From Phoronis australis (Eukaryota > Animalia > Phoronida), in contig NMRA01000396.1 of NCBI GenBank assembly GCA_002633005.1, positions 179,199 through 243,198 of the forward strand: a stretch of 64,000 nt of DNA, read 5' to 3'. Below, piece after piece: positions 1 through 13,433 of this stretch. The first letter of the stretch is position 1; each line of letters starts with the position of its first letter. Below the pieces are notes generated by a model that did no database searches, was not told the origin of the DNA, and saw only the letters and a program-made list of their open reading frames with translations. A program made the position numbers and the translations under genes.

Positions 1-80
1 GTTTATACTTTGAAGTTCAAGTCTGAAGTTATAACTAACATGCAACTCCAGTACAGGCAATTTCCCATTACTCAACTACG

Positions 81-176
81 GGTTATATCTCGAATCATGA
101 TATGCAAAAGTATTTGAACCTGGGCTTCTTCCTCGTTCCGATACTTTTGCATATCACCAATCTCGATATAATAACC
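81..176. mobile_element. Short palindromic MITE-like hairpin element
   Basis: GGTTATATCTCGAATCATGATATGCAAAAGTAT ... ATACTTTTGCATATCACCAATCTCGATATAATAACC form imperfect inverted arms around a ~27 nt spacer. Confidence 0.6.
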
Positions 177-2284
177 ACTGGTACAAACAGGTACGTTGTA
201 CAATCTATATATAAACGAGGGAACACATTTTTACAAATGACATGGTACAAACGAAAGTGGACAACGTAGTTTTGAACACCTGTTGCATACCTGTAGTTGT
301 TGCAGTCAACATTAAAGAACCAAGAAACGGAAGAACTGGACTGAAAATAGGGACTTCAGGAAAAAAGCGGGACATTTGGTTCTAAGCCAAAACATAAGGG
401 CGCTTTAATGTTCGCTGGAACAAACAAAGACGTAGTGACGGCGTTTTTTTGTCGAACGGGAGATGTACATGTAACACCCAAAAATACCCTATATCGTTTT
501 TGATGTTTTATCTGAAGTTGAATGGGTGACACCAAAGCCCATGAAACATCCCTTTTTCCTGTTAGTGGAACGGCAAAATAAGGGTCTTTCGCGTGGGAAA
601 TAACAGTAATATACATGTATGATAATATGTCAATATGACAAAAACAGTGACATTTGGTGAGATAGTGGAAACAATCAAATACGTGGGACAAATGACCACG
701 AGCGAGGCAATTGTTAATTACATTGTACGCAATCAGCAGCACGAAGCACAAAAAAGGGGTTCTTTGATTGGGTAAACTCTCATTTCTTAAATTTTAGTTT
801 ACGGGTGTAGGTAAGTACTAAGGATAACTATAGGCATACTCCTCAGAAATCGATTTAATAAAAACGGCATCTGGGCTACAGGTACATGTAAACATTGCAC
901 AAACGAATTATTTCATTTTTGATGATTCATACTCAGATGATTTACTGCAGATGTTACAGGTCAGCCTTTTAAGTTTGTTTTGGTTATTATCCCATACATG
1001 TACATGTGAAAATAAAGAGATCGCATACTTCACGTAATCAACTGTGATACACAAGAAAGTAGAGTCAATCCGTGTATCACGGTAGAGGCTGTAGTCAACG
1101 GTAGAAGCCATATTTCACAGTAGGTGTACAGTATGCTCCTGGAGTAAATTTGCCAAAATTTCATTGGGCTCAATCATTTCTGTTACCCACATCATTAATC
1201 CAAGGCGTCGTTCCTGAAAAACGTAGTTTTCCTGCTCTAAAAATAGAAAAGATATTTCGGCAACAAGGAATCCCACGCAATTGCAAATAAGTCCAAATAA
1301 ATGGGATATCCCATATGCATACATGTAGGAATATTACTGCGATACCCTATCTCGAATTCATTTCATCTGGGAATGTCCCAAATTGACATTCGGTCTCGTT
1401 GAGTAGTAGTATTCGTATGTACATGTACATGTATGTGCGATAACCTAAACTATATAGGACCTTGACAAAGAGAACCTGAGCATGAAACTAAAAGGTTACA
1501 TTTGATACCAGAATAATACAGGCTACAATAAATAACATAATTTGTTTTAATCGTGTACCCCATCTCGGAAACATAAATTAAAAAAAACAATGTAGGTAAT
1601 TTGAGGTGCACCAGACGTGCACAGGCCTCATGGTTAGGCCCATTGCACAAAAATACATTTCGGCAAACACCAAATGCACAGCAAAGTCAGATTCAATGTA
1701 CATTTACTCGCTGATTTTCGAAAGAGCCGGGTGATATTGAAATTCGCGATGGTGCACAGGGTTTTAGCACCACCTACGGATCCCATGTAATGCGGCCAAA
1801 GATAAAACTTACAGCGTTTAAACACCTTTCAGGCGATCATAATATCAGCATTTTTTCAGTACAGTGCAGTGAGGTGTACTAATGCTTTACGGAAAGGGGT
1901 AAACTCCTTGGATTATCATTTGATGACCAAAGACATCATGTTCCATACATTTCACACAGCAAAGAAGATTTCGCTCCAAAGCCAGTGTCTGCTGGAGTAT
2001 TTCCATCCCAGTTAATTGGTGAACTAAACTAACCAATCAGTGGGATGGATTGTCAGTGGCATTTATACATCTACTTTTGGATAATTGAACCCCTATGTAG
2101 TAATTTAATTTCGGTCAACCGTACGGCTATGACTAGAAGAGCGTCAGTATGAAAATCTCGCTAATCATTAAGCACAGAAACTGAGGCTTTCATGTGAATA
2201 ATGCATGCATCATTATCGGTGCAAAAACAGGCCTTATTCTTTTAAGTGGTGTAAATGTGCTTACGGTGGTCGAAAAACACATTT

Positions 2285-3743
2285 CATGAGCTCACATATT
2301 TATACATGTATGTGGGTGCATATTGCCGTCATCTCTGTCTGGGCGTCCGGCGTCGGCAATTGTATCTCCTAAACCCCTTGATGGAAGATTTGGCACGTGT
2401 GTTTCTGTAAAACCGACGACAGATGACAACGACCGTCAGACCACTCCGACTTCTGCTATGTCCCCTGGTGACAATTTTAGTTTTTTGGATAGATTTTCAT
2501 GACATTTGGCAAATAGGTTTCTATTATGAAGATGAAAACATCTTTACATTTGCGGAAATCTTTGACGATTCTGCGCTACACAGTAGCCGTTTTTTAAATT
2601 TTCTAGTTTTTTAGTGTTCGTCTTGTCTTTGTATCTGCCAATCTGCTTGAAGGTTGTTTGTGAAAATTGGCAGTTGTTTTTTTCTGATGAGGAGACCACA
2701 GCTGAAATTATTCGGGCGTGTTTGTTAACTTGGGCGCCTCCTAGTTGGGATTTTGTTTTATTTTCCGTCCACAGCTTAATCCTTGGCAGCTGTGTTTCTA
2801 TGGAGCGGCCGTTAATTATCCTAAAATTCTGCAAATAGTTTCTATCATGGTGACTTCCGATATCGGAAGGATTCGAGGCAGCCTGCGCTACTCGGTGACA
2901 GTTGAGCACATTTCTGTGCATCCAACAACCCATTTGATGGATAATCAATAAAGATGTGATCCTAATTAGAAGGCCAATTAAGACTGATGTTGATTATCGC
3001 ACGTCACTTATTGTGGCATCCCCTATTGTCAATTTTATTTTTGCGTCCACCGCTGTACTTCCTTCATATTTGCAAGATCTTTCTGAAATCTATCAGATGT
3101 CTATCTATGGAGATGGCAACAAACGGCGGCTAGTTTCAGACAAATCCAACTACAGCTGTGCTCGAATTTTCACACTTGTTTTGTGTGCTTAGAATTGTTT
3201 AGTGCTTTATGAAATTTGGCGAAGAAGTTTCTGTTATGAAGACAACAGCACCTTTTCTTTTCGTGTTGGATTCGGCAAATTCTGCACTAATTAGTAGCCG
3301 CTTTAATTATTTTAGCCTGTTTTGTGGTCTGCTTCTGTATCTGTCAAAATGTGCCGCATTTTATGACAATTGGCAGATGTGTTCCTACTGACATGATGTG
3401 ACCGATGTGGATTTTTAAACGGGTTCAGCTACTGAGGTGCCCCCTAGGGCATTTTTCAGATCTACGGCTCTATATCCTAATAGATCCTTGCCAGATGTTT
3501 TTATGGAATTTCGTAATTGCATTCTCATTAACTTTACAGCAGATAGATGGATTCAACCACCACTGTGGTTCATAATGGCAGTTTCTTTTTTACGTTTGCC
3601 ATTGTACCTTTGAAGTTCTGTAATGGATATTCAAGAAATTTGGCAAATATTCTTGGGAGACGAAGACACCTTCCTATTATCGTATGGGTTCAATGTATTC
3701 TTTGCGATGCAGTCCAAGACGCAGGCGCCGGGTTGCTCTTGTT
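2285..3743 (+). mobile_element. Helentron/HINE-like non-autonomous element with internal diverged tandem units
   Basis: Starts ...GAGCTCACAT, followed by a GTC-type tract (GTCTGGGCGTCCGGCGTC) and TCTCCTAAACC. Internal units repeat (2490-2700 resembles 3205-3400). Ends GCTCTTGTT. An inverted similar end, AACAAGAGGCC, lies at ~41700. Family assigned from layout only. Confidence 0.45.
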
Positions 3744-5768
3744 ATGCATTCTTAACACCTTGATTTCCTTTTCGAAAAAATACCAGATATAGCATGTATG
3801 GAGATGTATTTGCTATATTGAATTTGATATTTTATGGAAGACGGTGACCTCCGCTATTCAGGATTTTTCTGTTGGCACGTACCACGTAAACACAGAGCAC
3901 CTTGAATACACAGTAAACATGAAGGTACCGGATGGTTATGAACAGACCGAAAACGTTTGTCTACAGTGAGTACCAGTTTGGTACACGATAACACAGGGCC
4001 GTAGCAAGCAGATTGCCGGGGGTTAGCGGACCCCTCAAACATTTTCAGGCGTCAGGTTAAACCGTTGGAACCGACATACATGTACACTTTGGGTGAGGAA
4101 AGTCGAGAAAAGAAAGAATGCTAAATATGGATAAGACAGAAAATTCAAAATAACATTTTTACAACTCTGTATCAGTGCATGGTTTACCTTTTGAGTACCC
4201 TGGCCAGGACATAGTTGTTAGTGAATCCTCTTTCGCAGCACAGGTCGTCTGATCGCACTGAAAAACGTGCACGTAATGTCAAAAAGTTTTAAAGCGAAGG
4301 TTCTACGGAACGTATTAATTGGCTGGATTTTAAAATTCAATAAGTCAATTTCGCGACTGCAAGACAACATTTTTCAGTTCCAGAAGCCTCTCTCTGGCAA
4401 GGGATAACGGAGACAACTGTCGCTTCTTTGTCGAGTTGTATATCAATTGATTAAAATTGAGGACCTGACAAATATCATCAATTGCTGCACATTTCTTAAT
4501 TTTTCAAAATATAGATATTTTCATATCGAGGGGTCCCACCTTTGATGGAGGTCATTGATGACATTCAAGTGGCCTTCCTTTTTATGTGTTATTGCCAAAT
4601 TCTTAAGGATTCACTCACAAGGAGTGGACCCAGATTTGGACTCGATTACGTCTAGTTTTCCCTTTCCCGTAAAATAGTGCAACCGACATTCATGGTGAGG
4701 AAGATCACACCCCGGAACCGTTTAGTAAAAGGGTGGAATTTTGAACAACGCGAAGACCGCTGTTCGTTAATTACACAAAAGGACTATTTACGATGGTTAG
4801 GTATAGAATAACGGTACTGTTTCCCACAGCATCATAAGAATAGTAGTATCTCTTTTGAAAATGGTTATTAGTTGTTCGAAGGAATTCCTACATGTGAAAA
4901 ACACTGCTGTCGGGGCTACCATTGGGGTGATCTAGTACATGTCGAACGAGTGTACTCGAATACTCACAAGAATAAACAAATATTTCAGCTTTTATTGAAG
5001 CCAAGTTCTACTCCTGAACTGTTGTAGGTACCTCGGAAATGAGCAAAAATACAGTCACCTTACTATGAATGCCCAATTTCATATTCTCCCCGGTTACCCG
5101 TAAAATATCTGCGAGCAAGCCTGCGGAAAATACTAATATTCCGTTTTTAATCAACAAATTTGTATGTTTCTGATTTACATGTTTATCCACGAAAACCGAC
5201 AGGTTAACAGATATTTTTTGGCAATTACAAGCAATCTTTTAAGAAATTATTACTATGCAGAGAATTAAGTCGAAGCCTGATTATGGAAAAAATCTCTAAT
5301 CCGACCCCCAACGAGTAAACTGCACTTGTGCGCTTTTTACCTATCTAAAATAACTCTAAAAGTTATTGATGGAATTTGGACACTTCCCAAAATTTACTCA
5401 AAATTTAAATGACAGTAAATGAATTTCTTTTTGACTTCGGTACAAGATGTGTTGTTTAAACTCATTAACAGGGGAACAAAAAGAATCTAATTCATTAAAT
5501 CAAGGTAAAGGCATTGCTCATGTATTTGATCGGTAGTTTCTGATTGACATGTTTATGTATCTATGAAAATGGACTAATTGAGAGAAATGTTTTTTTGAAG
5601 ATTAGAAGCTAATCTTGTAAGAAAGGGCAATACTTCAATGGAATTAGTTGAAGGCAGAAATTGGGAAAACATTGATCTATCATCAGATCCCCAAATAAAA
5701 ATTCACATTAAACGGTTTTTGACAATCTGTAAAGAGTCTCTAGGGATTTTATGAATTTCCGACAGCTC

Positions 5769-6351
5769 TACAAAGTGTCCCAAAATGTTCTCACACTTCA
5801 GAGGACATTCAATTGTTTATTGGTTTAGGAACTAAGGGTTTAAGCTCATAAGCCGTAGATCGAAAAAGAATTTTAAGTACTTAAAAATAAAATCTAACTC
5901 ATTGGTCATCATATTTCAAATGTTCTCTTTGCCCTTCCTTGCTGTTTATAGTTTCCAGTAGTGTTGGACAATGAATTTTGTTTTTCAAAACTGAATTATT
6001 GCTAGCATTTCTCGCGCATACTACACACACGGTATGTGCGTACCCAAATAAGATATAGGGGGCTCAAATTTTTGAGGACGTGGACCTTTCACTAAAAATA
6101 ACAGTATACGGGGTTCGGTCAGGGATATGAATTGTGCATACGCCGAATTCCTGCCTTTTTAGTGGTCTCGTTTTTTCTCGGACTTGTTGTTTCTTTGAGG
6201 CGGTCGTTTTTGCCCGCTGGGTGCGCGCATGCACGCAGCACGTTATGACATTCACACTAACGTGTAACCATGCAGTAGGCCCGCGCAGAATCTCAGTTAC
6301 CCACGGAAACTGAATTTAATTTCCCGACGTTGAGGTGGGACACACTCTGTA
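5769..6351. mobile_element. Tc1/mariner-type MITE
   Basis: TA-CAAAGTGTCCCA on the left and TGGGACACACTCTG-TA on the right: imperfect TIRs flanked by TA. Confidence 0.45.
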
Positions 6352-7832
6352 TGGTTTCCTCCAGCAACCAGAAACTGGACTACCGGCTAGATATTCTGAA
6401 ACGGCCATAAAGATACTCATACCAGCCACCTCGGTATGTCACCCTTTCAAAAAATACTTCAAAGAATGACCGTAATAAAATGAAATTTTCCCCGAAACTG
6501 GATCATAATAAAGCAAGCCTTGACCTTCAACCCATAGCAGAGAAATAGGTACGAATCCTCTGTTGGATCCCAGCTGTAGTTTCCCAGCTACCCGTCAGTG
6601 CGCTGGCTTTAGACCCATTCTAACACTCCGTGAAACTTTGTTGGTCCCCGGTTACTCAAATCCTGATGTCTGTATCCCGGGTATCATCCCCACCTATGGG
6701 GGGGGGTTCTGTATAAATATGGTGACATCCAGATAACGGGGGAAGGAGGGGGCTGCAATAGCAAGCGTCAGGTTGGCGAAGTCAAGTTGCATTGTGCCTC
6801 CCAATAATTTTTCCTTCCTACCGGCCTGTTTCATATGGGTATTAGCCGACTGTGTACCAGATGAGTTTGTGCAAATTTTCAATATATCGTGAAGAACCAG
6901 ATGGTTACAACGAAAGAGGGAAGATATGAGATGAATAGAATCACATGAACTGTGATAATCAACGTTGTCAGTGACCGGACTCAATTTTGATTTTATTTGG
7001 CTTCTGCCTTAGTGCCAAATCGTCATTTTGTCAAGAGCTCTTTTTCATTACTTTCTTTCTTATCAGAAGTTGACAATATTTTATTTTGTCTGATAACCAC
7101 TGCATTTTGCTTCTAACATTCTGTATTCGCCAGGAACGAGGTTGATAGACCTCATCAACGAAATTAAACGGTAATCTTGTTGCCCAAGAATCTTTGCTTA
7201 CTAAGCTTTTAAACGGGAATAAACAAGGTTTGCCTTCTACATGTATCTTATTGGTTAGATAGAAAAACGTTCCTCCACATGATGACAGACATCAAGTACC
7301 TCCAATTTGAAACAGCGGAGTTTAAAAGTATGAGTGAGTTTGGCCGCACTCTTGGCCAGGTGTTTCTATGTTCTTGACCTCCATCTTCATTAATTATCAG
7401 CATCTACGGTAAGTTGTCTTTTGTTGATGGTGCAGAGGTACAAGGATTCCAGTGTAGAAATGAAGGTGACCACCAAAGGGGCACATGCCCGTTACAACAT
7501 ATTTCGCAACGACACGTGGAAAACCAGGCGGCAACTGGTTAGTAATTGTGACACATCAAGCAACGAGACAACAACAGAGTTTAAAGGGTACTGTGACAAT
7601 ATTTGATTTCTTGCCGAGCTGTTGCAGAAGCAAATCTTATAGATAATATGTAAGACCTAATGAAGTGTACTATGAGTGAATAAGCGGGGCCACTCAGGCT
7701 ATGACGGGCTACGAAGTGGCAACAATAATGTATTGCAAAAATCCGTAGTCTTATAGTCATATGAAAAACTACATGCTCCATAGTGAAATCTAACAACGAC
7801 ATTCATACATTTATATTCATTAAGTTTATTGG

Positions 7833-10006
7833 TTACATTTTGGTTGTTTCTGAGTCGTTTAATGCACTGCAGTTGGTGGAAGCACTACATGCTCCTAAGG
7901 TCATATGGCATTTCCGGCCACCGGGGAAGGATGGCGAAGAGTTGGAAGCCTTTTCCCTAATTATTAATTTACAATATTTCAAAAATATCTTTTTTCTGCA
8001 GATGTAAGAAAGGAACATGAAGAGCCCTTGTAGAGAATTGAAGATGGTGAATAGATACCATAACACATGACTTCCGGTAAGAGCCCCTACGTAGCCGAAA
8101 ATCCACGTGCTTCCCATAACAGTGGAAAGTTTAACAGTTATCAGAAACACGAGCTTATTTTCTCGGCTGTTCTTGATATTTCTCCTGACTTGACGCTTGG
8201 CTCGTATCAATTGGATAATAGTGAACACAATAAATAGTACATTACTAAATATGATCAAAGCTAAGGGCAGCGCAAAACCATAAAGTATTGCTTCGTTCCC
8301 GGAAATCCAACACCTTCGTTCATCTCCATATCGGAAAGGTACATCGGTGGCGAACTCCAAAATAATGCACGTGACAACTATCATTGAAGGCCCCAGTACG
8401 GAATACAGCACATACGTATAAATGGCATACGGAGATGGTTTTTGTATCTCCGTAAGTTTGTAAAACGTTTTGAAAACAGAAAAACACATACTGTTCATCC
8501 AAAAGAAGGCACACAACCACAAGAAATGTTCAACTATGGCCACTGTCTTACACAATTCTGGAATTTCAGTACGATCAATTGCGGCTAACATAATAAGTTG
8601 GGCCATAAAAAGGGTTATAGCGAGGTTGATCATGATTTGACCAGGCAGAGTTCTAAGTTCCTTGAATAGTGCATACGTCAGTAAAAATACCGCAAGACCA
8701 CACAAGCTTATCACGTTTCCGGAGACCGTCAGTTTGTACTGGCTTTCATTGTATTCAAAAAACCGAAGACCAGAGCCATTTGTGAACGGATTGCACACAT
8801 AGAGAACGTTGCCACGAATGAAGTAGTCTCCTGGCTGAAACGACAATCCAGATTTTACATACGCTTTGTCGTCTTTCACGTCATACTCGTTATCTGTGTA
8901 TGTGATCATTGTACACTTAAGATCCAGAGAACTATTGGCGGCATCAGTTTGATTCAAATACGTATTGTTCGGGTTACCTTTATTCACTTTGTCATGACCA
9001 CACGACCCATTATGCATTAGATACGTTCCTCTGGGGCAAAGTAATTGCCGACATTTCTTTGCTAGCTTGTCATAGATTCTGTTTCCAGAACATTTCACGG
9101 ATGGCATACTTATCTTGGTACTGATTTCGTGGCCCAGCCCTGTGAAATCTAATAAATGATAAAAACTGGTGTACTCAATGGAGGGAACTGCGCTAGGGTA
9201 GAAACACGAAATCATCGGCCAACCACCATCTGGACAGTGTCCGAATTGTAACTTAACGAATGAGTCACCACTATCGGGAAAGTAGTCTGAGAAGTACATA
9301 TACGATGAGCATTCAGCCGTGGTAACCGGGCAAAACTCCGTACACTCAGCCTTCATCGGTTCTACGTGTACGTTACAGTGGTGTGCCAGTGATGGTGCCA
9401 ATATTTTCATCATAAAATTGTCTGAATTATAGAGTGCTTGCATCTGCGCCGTGCCTGTAAGATTTTGGACAGTGCGATCAAAGAGCGATATTTCCTCTTC
9501 GTAAGTCATGGGATAAAGTTCGTTTTTCGGTTTGAAAGCTGTTCTCCAAAAGCTTCCCTTTTGGAGAATCTCTGATATGTTTACTCCGTGACAAAGTGCG
9601 CAATAAATATTTCGGAAACAATATTGTCTACCATCTTCCAAAATTCCGTCCACCGGCAAAACCTGGAATATGTCGTCACTTGTTCTGGACTGGCACTTGT
9701 TAGTAATATTACGGTTGTGGAAATCAGCAGGACAGCGCGAGATTACCATACTGCCGAGAGGTATAATGGAATCATCTATCTCCAGACACCTTGTGTAATG
9801 TTTGATTGATGTGAAGTTCCTTGCACTTGGTTCGTAATCATGGCAACAGTCCCCAAAGTCGGTACACATCTGATCACAATAACACACTTGTATCTTAACT
9901 AAATCAAGTCGTTGCACAGAAGGTGATGAGCAAGAAATACCGCACGCTTGGTACAACGACGGCTTAGCAGGCTGAGAATCACAGGAAACTCCACACGTCT
10001 GAAACA
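7833..10006 (-). CDS. GPCR paralog 1, main coding exon: somatomedin-B-like plus Cys-rich ectodomain and Methuselah-like (class B) 7TM; 742 aa when spliced to 13350-13404
   Basis: Long ORF with SMB motif CYCDQMCTDFGDCCHDY, YCFRNIYCALCH, and 7TM hallmarks ELRTLPG..INL, HFLWLCAFFWMN, RCWI, MGSTWIFG, FNSLQG. The ORF-track start is GTG; an acceptor ttttcag|TGTTTCAG sits at 10008-10007. Confidence 0.93.
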
Positions 10007-11078
10007 CTGAAAAGAGCACACGTTATTTGACATCTAGTATCTATTTACCTTCAAACAATGTAATGTACATGTATGAACTTGTGTGGATTCGGTGGTTGGC
10101 CTATGAGTCACAGCACCAATGTCATTTACAACTGCTGAGAAAATTTGACAGTCTTTACAATCCTGTTCACATGCTTCTCAGCTCAGACAACAGTAGCCTT
10201 CGTGTATCAACACCAACGGAGTGTTTCCGAAAACGCAAAACACACGAAGACGATATCACGCAAGATTGTGCAGTATCACGTAACTTAAAAGCAAGGAAAA
10301 GGAGCCTCAGGACTAAGCGCGTTAGCTTATTGGACTACATGAACAAAATGACGACGATTATAATGATAAAACGTGGAGGCTGATGCGCTGAACTATGGGT
10401 TACAATTCCATTTCCCTTCCATCATCAAGCGCCTCACGGTTGTCTAGCGTTTCCGGGTCGTGTCCGCAGTACAACAATTTTACTAAACGTCTACTCAAAG
10501 CAAAGTCTTAGTATTCATAATTTTGAAAGGCTACCAGTTGGCTGCACAATTTCGCAGGTTGTCGCAGACATACACATGTATGTAATATATCGAAATGAGT
10601 CGATTGCCAGTATAACTTGCTGTCTGTCAACCATACAGAAATGTTTAATTTTGGCCAGCATATCCAAACAATGACTGATCAGAGTCAAATGAAACTTTGA
10701 GGTACTATATGATAAGATGGTATTAAGAAATGTTCTTAAAGTGTTCCACTTTTGCATGATGGGCAATCAATCGAAAAGGTACAGATGAAGGGGTCCAGTT
10801 TGTAATGGAAGGATCCAATTACGTAGGAGCGCTTGAAAACTGCTTTATAGACACGGTGCAGCTCAGATTGTTTCGACATCACGCGTAAAATATATCGTAT
10901 GGGCTTTAGAATGGTGGCGATTGGGTGACAAGTGTAGCGTGGGTGCGAACCGGGTGCAGCCGGATGGATGTTGGCCCGGAGGACGGGATTCGCATGGTCA
11001 CGATAGGCTAACATGTCGAATCAAACTTTGAGTCCCTAATTATGGGGTCCCATCCATAATTATAATACCCTGCGACTG

Positions 11079-11652
11079 GGCGCTTCTAGAATTGTGTAGA
11101 TCAGGCTCAAAAATGTCATAGGTTCGGTATACTGGGACAAATTAGTGAATCATACAGCAAATGCTTTTGGATGATGCCAGACCTTATCACGAAATCTAAT
11201 ACGCATTCTGCTAAATATTAACCAAACTTATACCAACAAAATATGTAAGAGTATATTTTTCTGAAAGTAGAAAGGCTGTTCACTTTAATTTATTTTATGT
11301 TATGTCATACCCATATAAATTGGATGACGTGAAAATGTTTTTAATGAGTNCCACCAACAATATTATTTACCTTATAACTTGGCGCTTCTAGAATTGTGTA
11401 GATCAGGCTCAAAAATGTCATAGGTTCGGTATACTGGGACAAATTAGTGAATCATACAGCAAATGCTTTTGGATGATGCCAGACCTTATCACGAAATCTA
11501 ATACGCATTCTGCTAAATATTAACCAAACTTATACCAACAAAATATGTAAGAATATATTTTTCTGAAAGTAGAAAGGCTGTTCACTTTAATTTATTTTTA
11601 TGTTATGTCATCCCCATATAAATTGGATGACGTGAAAATGTTTTTAATGAGT
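11079..11652. repeat. ~272 bp near-identical direct duplication across a single N (11079-11349 / 11381-11652); probable uncollapsed haplotype overlap
   Basis: Copies differ by a few SNPs and one indel; N at 11350. Confidence 0.85.
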
Positions 11653-12800
11653 GCCAAAACAACAATATCAATGAGTTGACCAACATTCACCGTAACCTTT
11701 AAGACGCTGTTACAGTTTTGTAAAATGTCGTTCCGTGTCCCTTTAATGCATATGAGGCTTTTTATAAATATCATAAAAGTGGTATTCCGTAGCCCACATA
11801 CAAAAGTGAACAAGATGTAACCATTTCCTAACAGCATTTTGGAAACCAGTCTATGAAGCTTAGTATTTGAATGTTTCACAAGGAGTCGATAAGTTGTGAG
11901 GTAAGACGGTCAACCAATGGCTCAATTGGACACTTCTCTCTTTGTTTCATACATGCAAGTTAAACAGGTTCTGAATTAAGTTTTGTTATTTCAAGTAGTC
12001 TTGGTTGTGTCTTATGCTAATGAATCATTGGCGTCTCACTTGAGTGTTCAGGTCAGGATATGATCGCAGGGATTCGAAAACAACGACAGATTCGTTATTG
12101 GTTGCGATCAAGTTATTGTCACGACGTATCACTTGATGCAAAAGCAAGTTGAATCCATTAATGAAATGGTATAATATGTACTCTAAATAAAAACGCTCGC
12201 TTTAAGTTGACTGAAGTCAACCTTACACCGATTACAATGCCAACAGAACACCTCGGGTATTTTCATGCCTGTAGCTTTGCGGAGTTCAATAATGTACAGA
12301 AAGTCAGGCGACTCTCGAAATGGAGAAATGCGCCGAGTGGGCCAGAATACCACGTGGAGGCCATTTTAAAATGGCATAACTTTGGATTCAGGTAATCCGT
12401 TTATATACGGTACCGTCACATGCCTGCTCTTCAGAGCTATTACATCTCGGGGGCCTGCCATGTATGATTGGTGGTGTCGTTCCGGGTAAAGGTTGTGTAT
12501 CTGAAAATACATTCACATAATGCTTTTATAAATAAGGGTGACCTATTCTCACATGTGCAGTCCACATCGTTTACTTTTCAAAACGAAAATAAGAGTAAAA
12601 GCTTGTGTTGCTGTTATTTACATTTCTATTTGCAAACCACTAATTGTGATTTAATAGCGGAATAGCTCAAACTTCGTGAAAGAACACTGGGATCAGTGTT
12701 ATCGAGTACAGGACGTAGAACTGGAGGTGACCACGGGAAGAAAAAGCTTAATCGTTCATTAGGCTGTGAAACACGGAAAACATAGTGTCGAGACAAAAGA

Positions 12801-13433
12801 AATTGGTAATTTTACGCGCGTCAACCGTGACGCGACCCTTTAACTCTTCAGTGCCGGGTTTACCAATATTTATTCTATTGCATTTGTATTTTGCAATAAC
12901 ATGGTCAAGTTTTTACTTCATCAAGTGGTTAGGATTTAGTTTACCAGAAACATTAAGCGCATTAACTTGCTGTTTCGTCGATTCTACAATGTATTGTCAC
13001 TACATGTTAAAAACAGATGCCACTTGACACTCACCAAAAACATGGAATGCGATCATTGACAACACTGTTGGCAGCACCAAATTTGCCATGACTTCAGGAA
13101 TATTAAAGACAAGGCTAANAATTGGTAATTTTACGCGCGTCAACCGTGACGTGACCCTTTAACTCTTCAGTGGTTTACCAATTTTTATTCTATTGCATTT
13201 GTATTTTGCAATGACTTGGTCAAGTTTTTACTTCATCAAGTGGTTAGGATTTAGTTTATCAGAAACATTAAGCGCATTAACTTGCTGTTTCGTCGATTCT
13301 ACAATGTATTGTCACTACAGGTTAAAAACAGATGCCACTTGACACTCACCAAAAACATGGAATGCGATCATTGACAACACTGTTGGCAGCACCAAATTTG
13401 CCATGACATCAGGAATATTAAAGACAAGGCTAA
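12801..13433. repeat. ~316 bp near-identical direct duplication across a single N (12801-13118 / 13120-13433) containing the ATG exon; probable haplotype overlap
   Basis: N at 13119; copies differ by several SNPs and a 4 bp indel; the lower copy lacks the splice acceptor. Confidence 0.85.
13350..13404 (-). CDS. GPCR paralog 1, first coding exon (signal peptide MANLVLPTVLSMIAFHVF + G); whole exon 13350-13461
   Basis: ATG at 13404, 18 codons + 1 nt, donor G|gtgagt. The phase-1 join G+TG TTT CAG restores V-F-Q-T-C in frame. Acceptor ttttcag|GG at 13463-13462. A homologous exon exists in paralog 2. Confidence 0.9.

Noticed and set aside
356-7802. Numerous 60-134 aa ORFs here and across the intergenic DNA
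   Set aside because: Lengths and composition are as expected by chance, many use non-ATG starts, and none shows a domain signature.
13035-13089. Duplicated signal-peptide exon as an alternative exon
   Set aside because: Part of the N-flanked duplication and lacks its acceptor; most likely the other allele.
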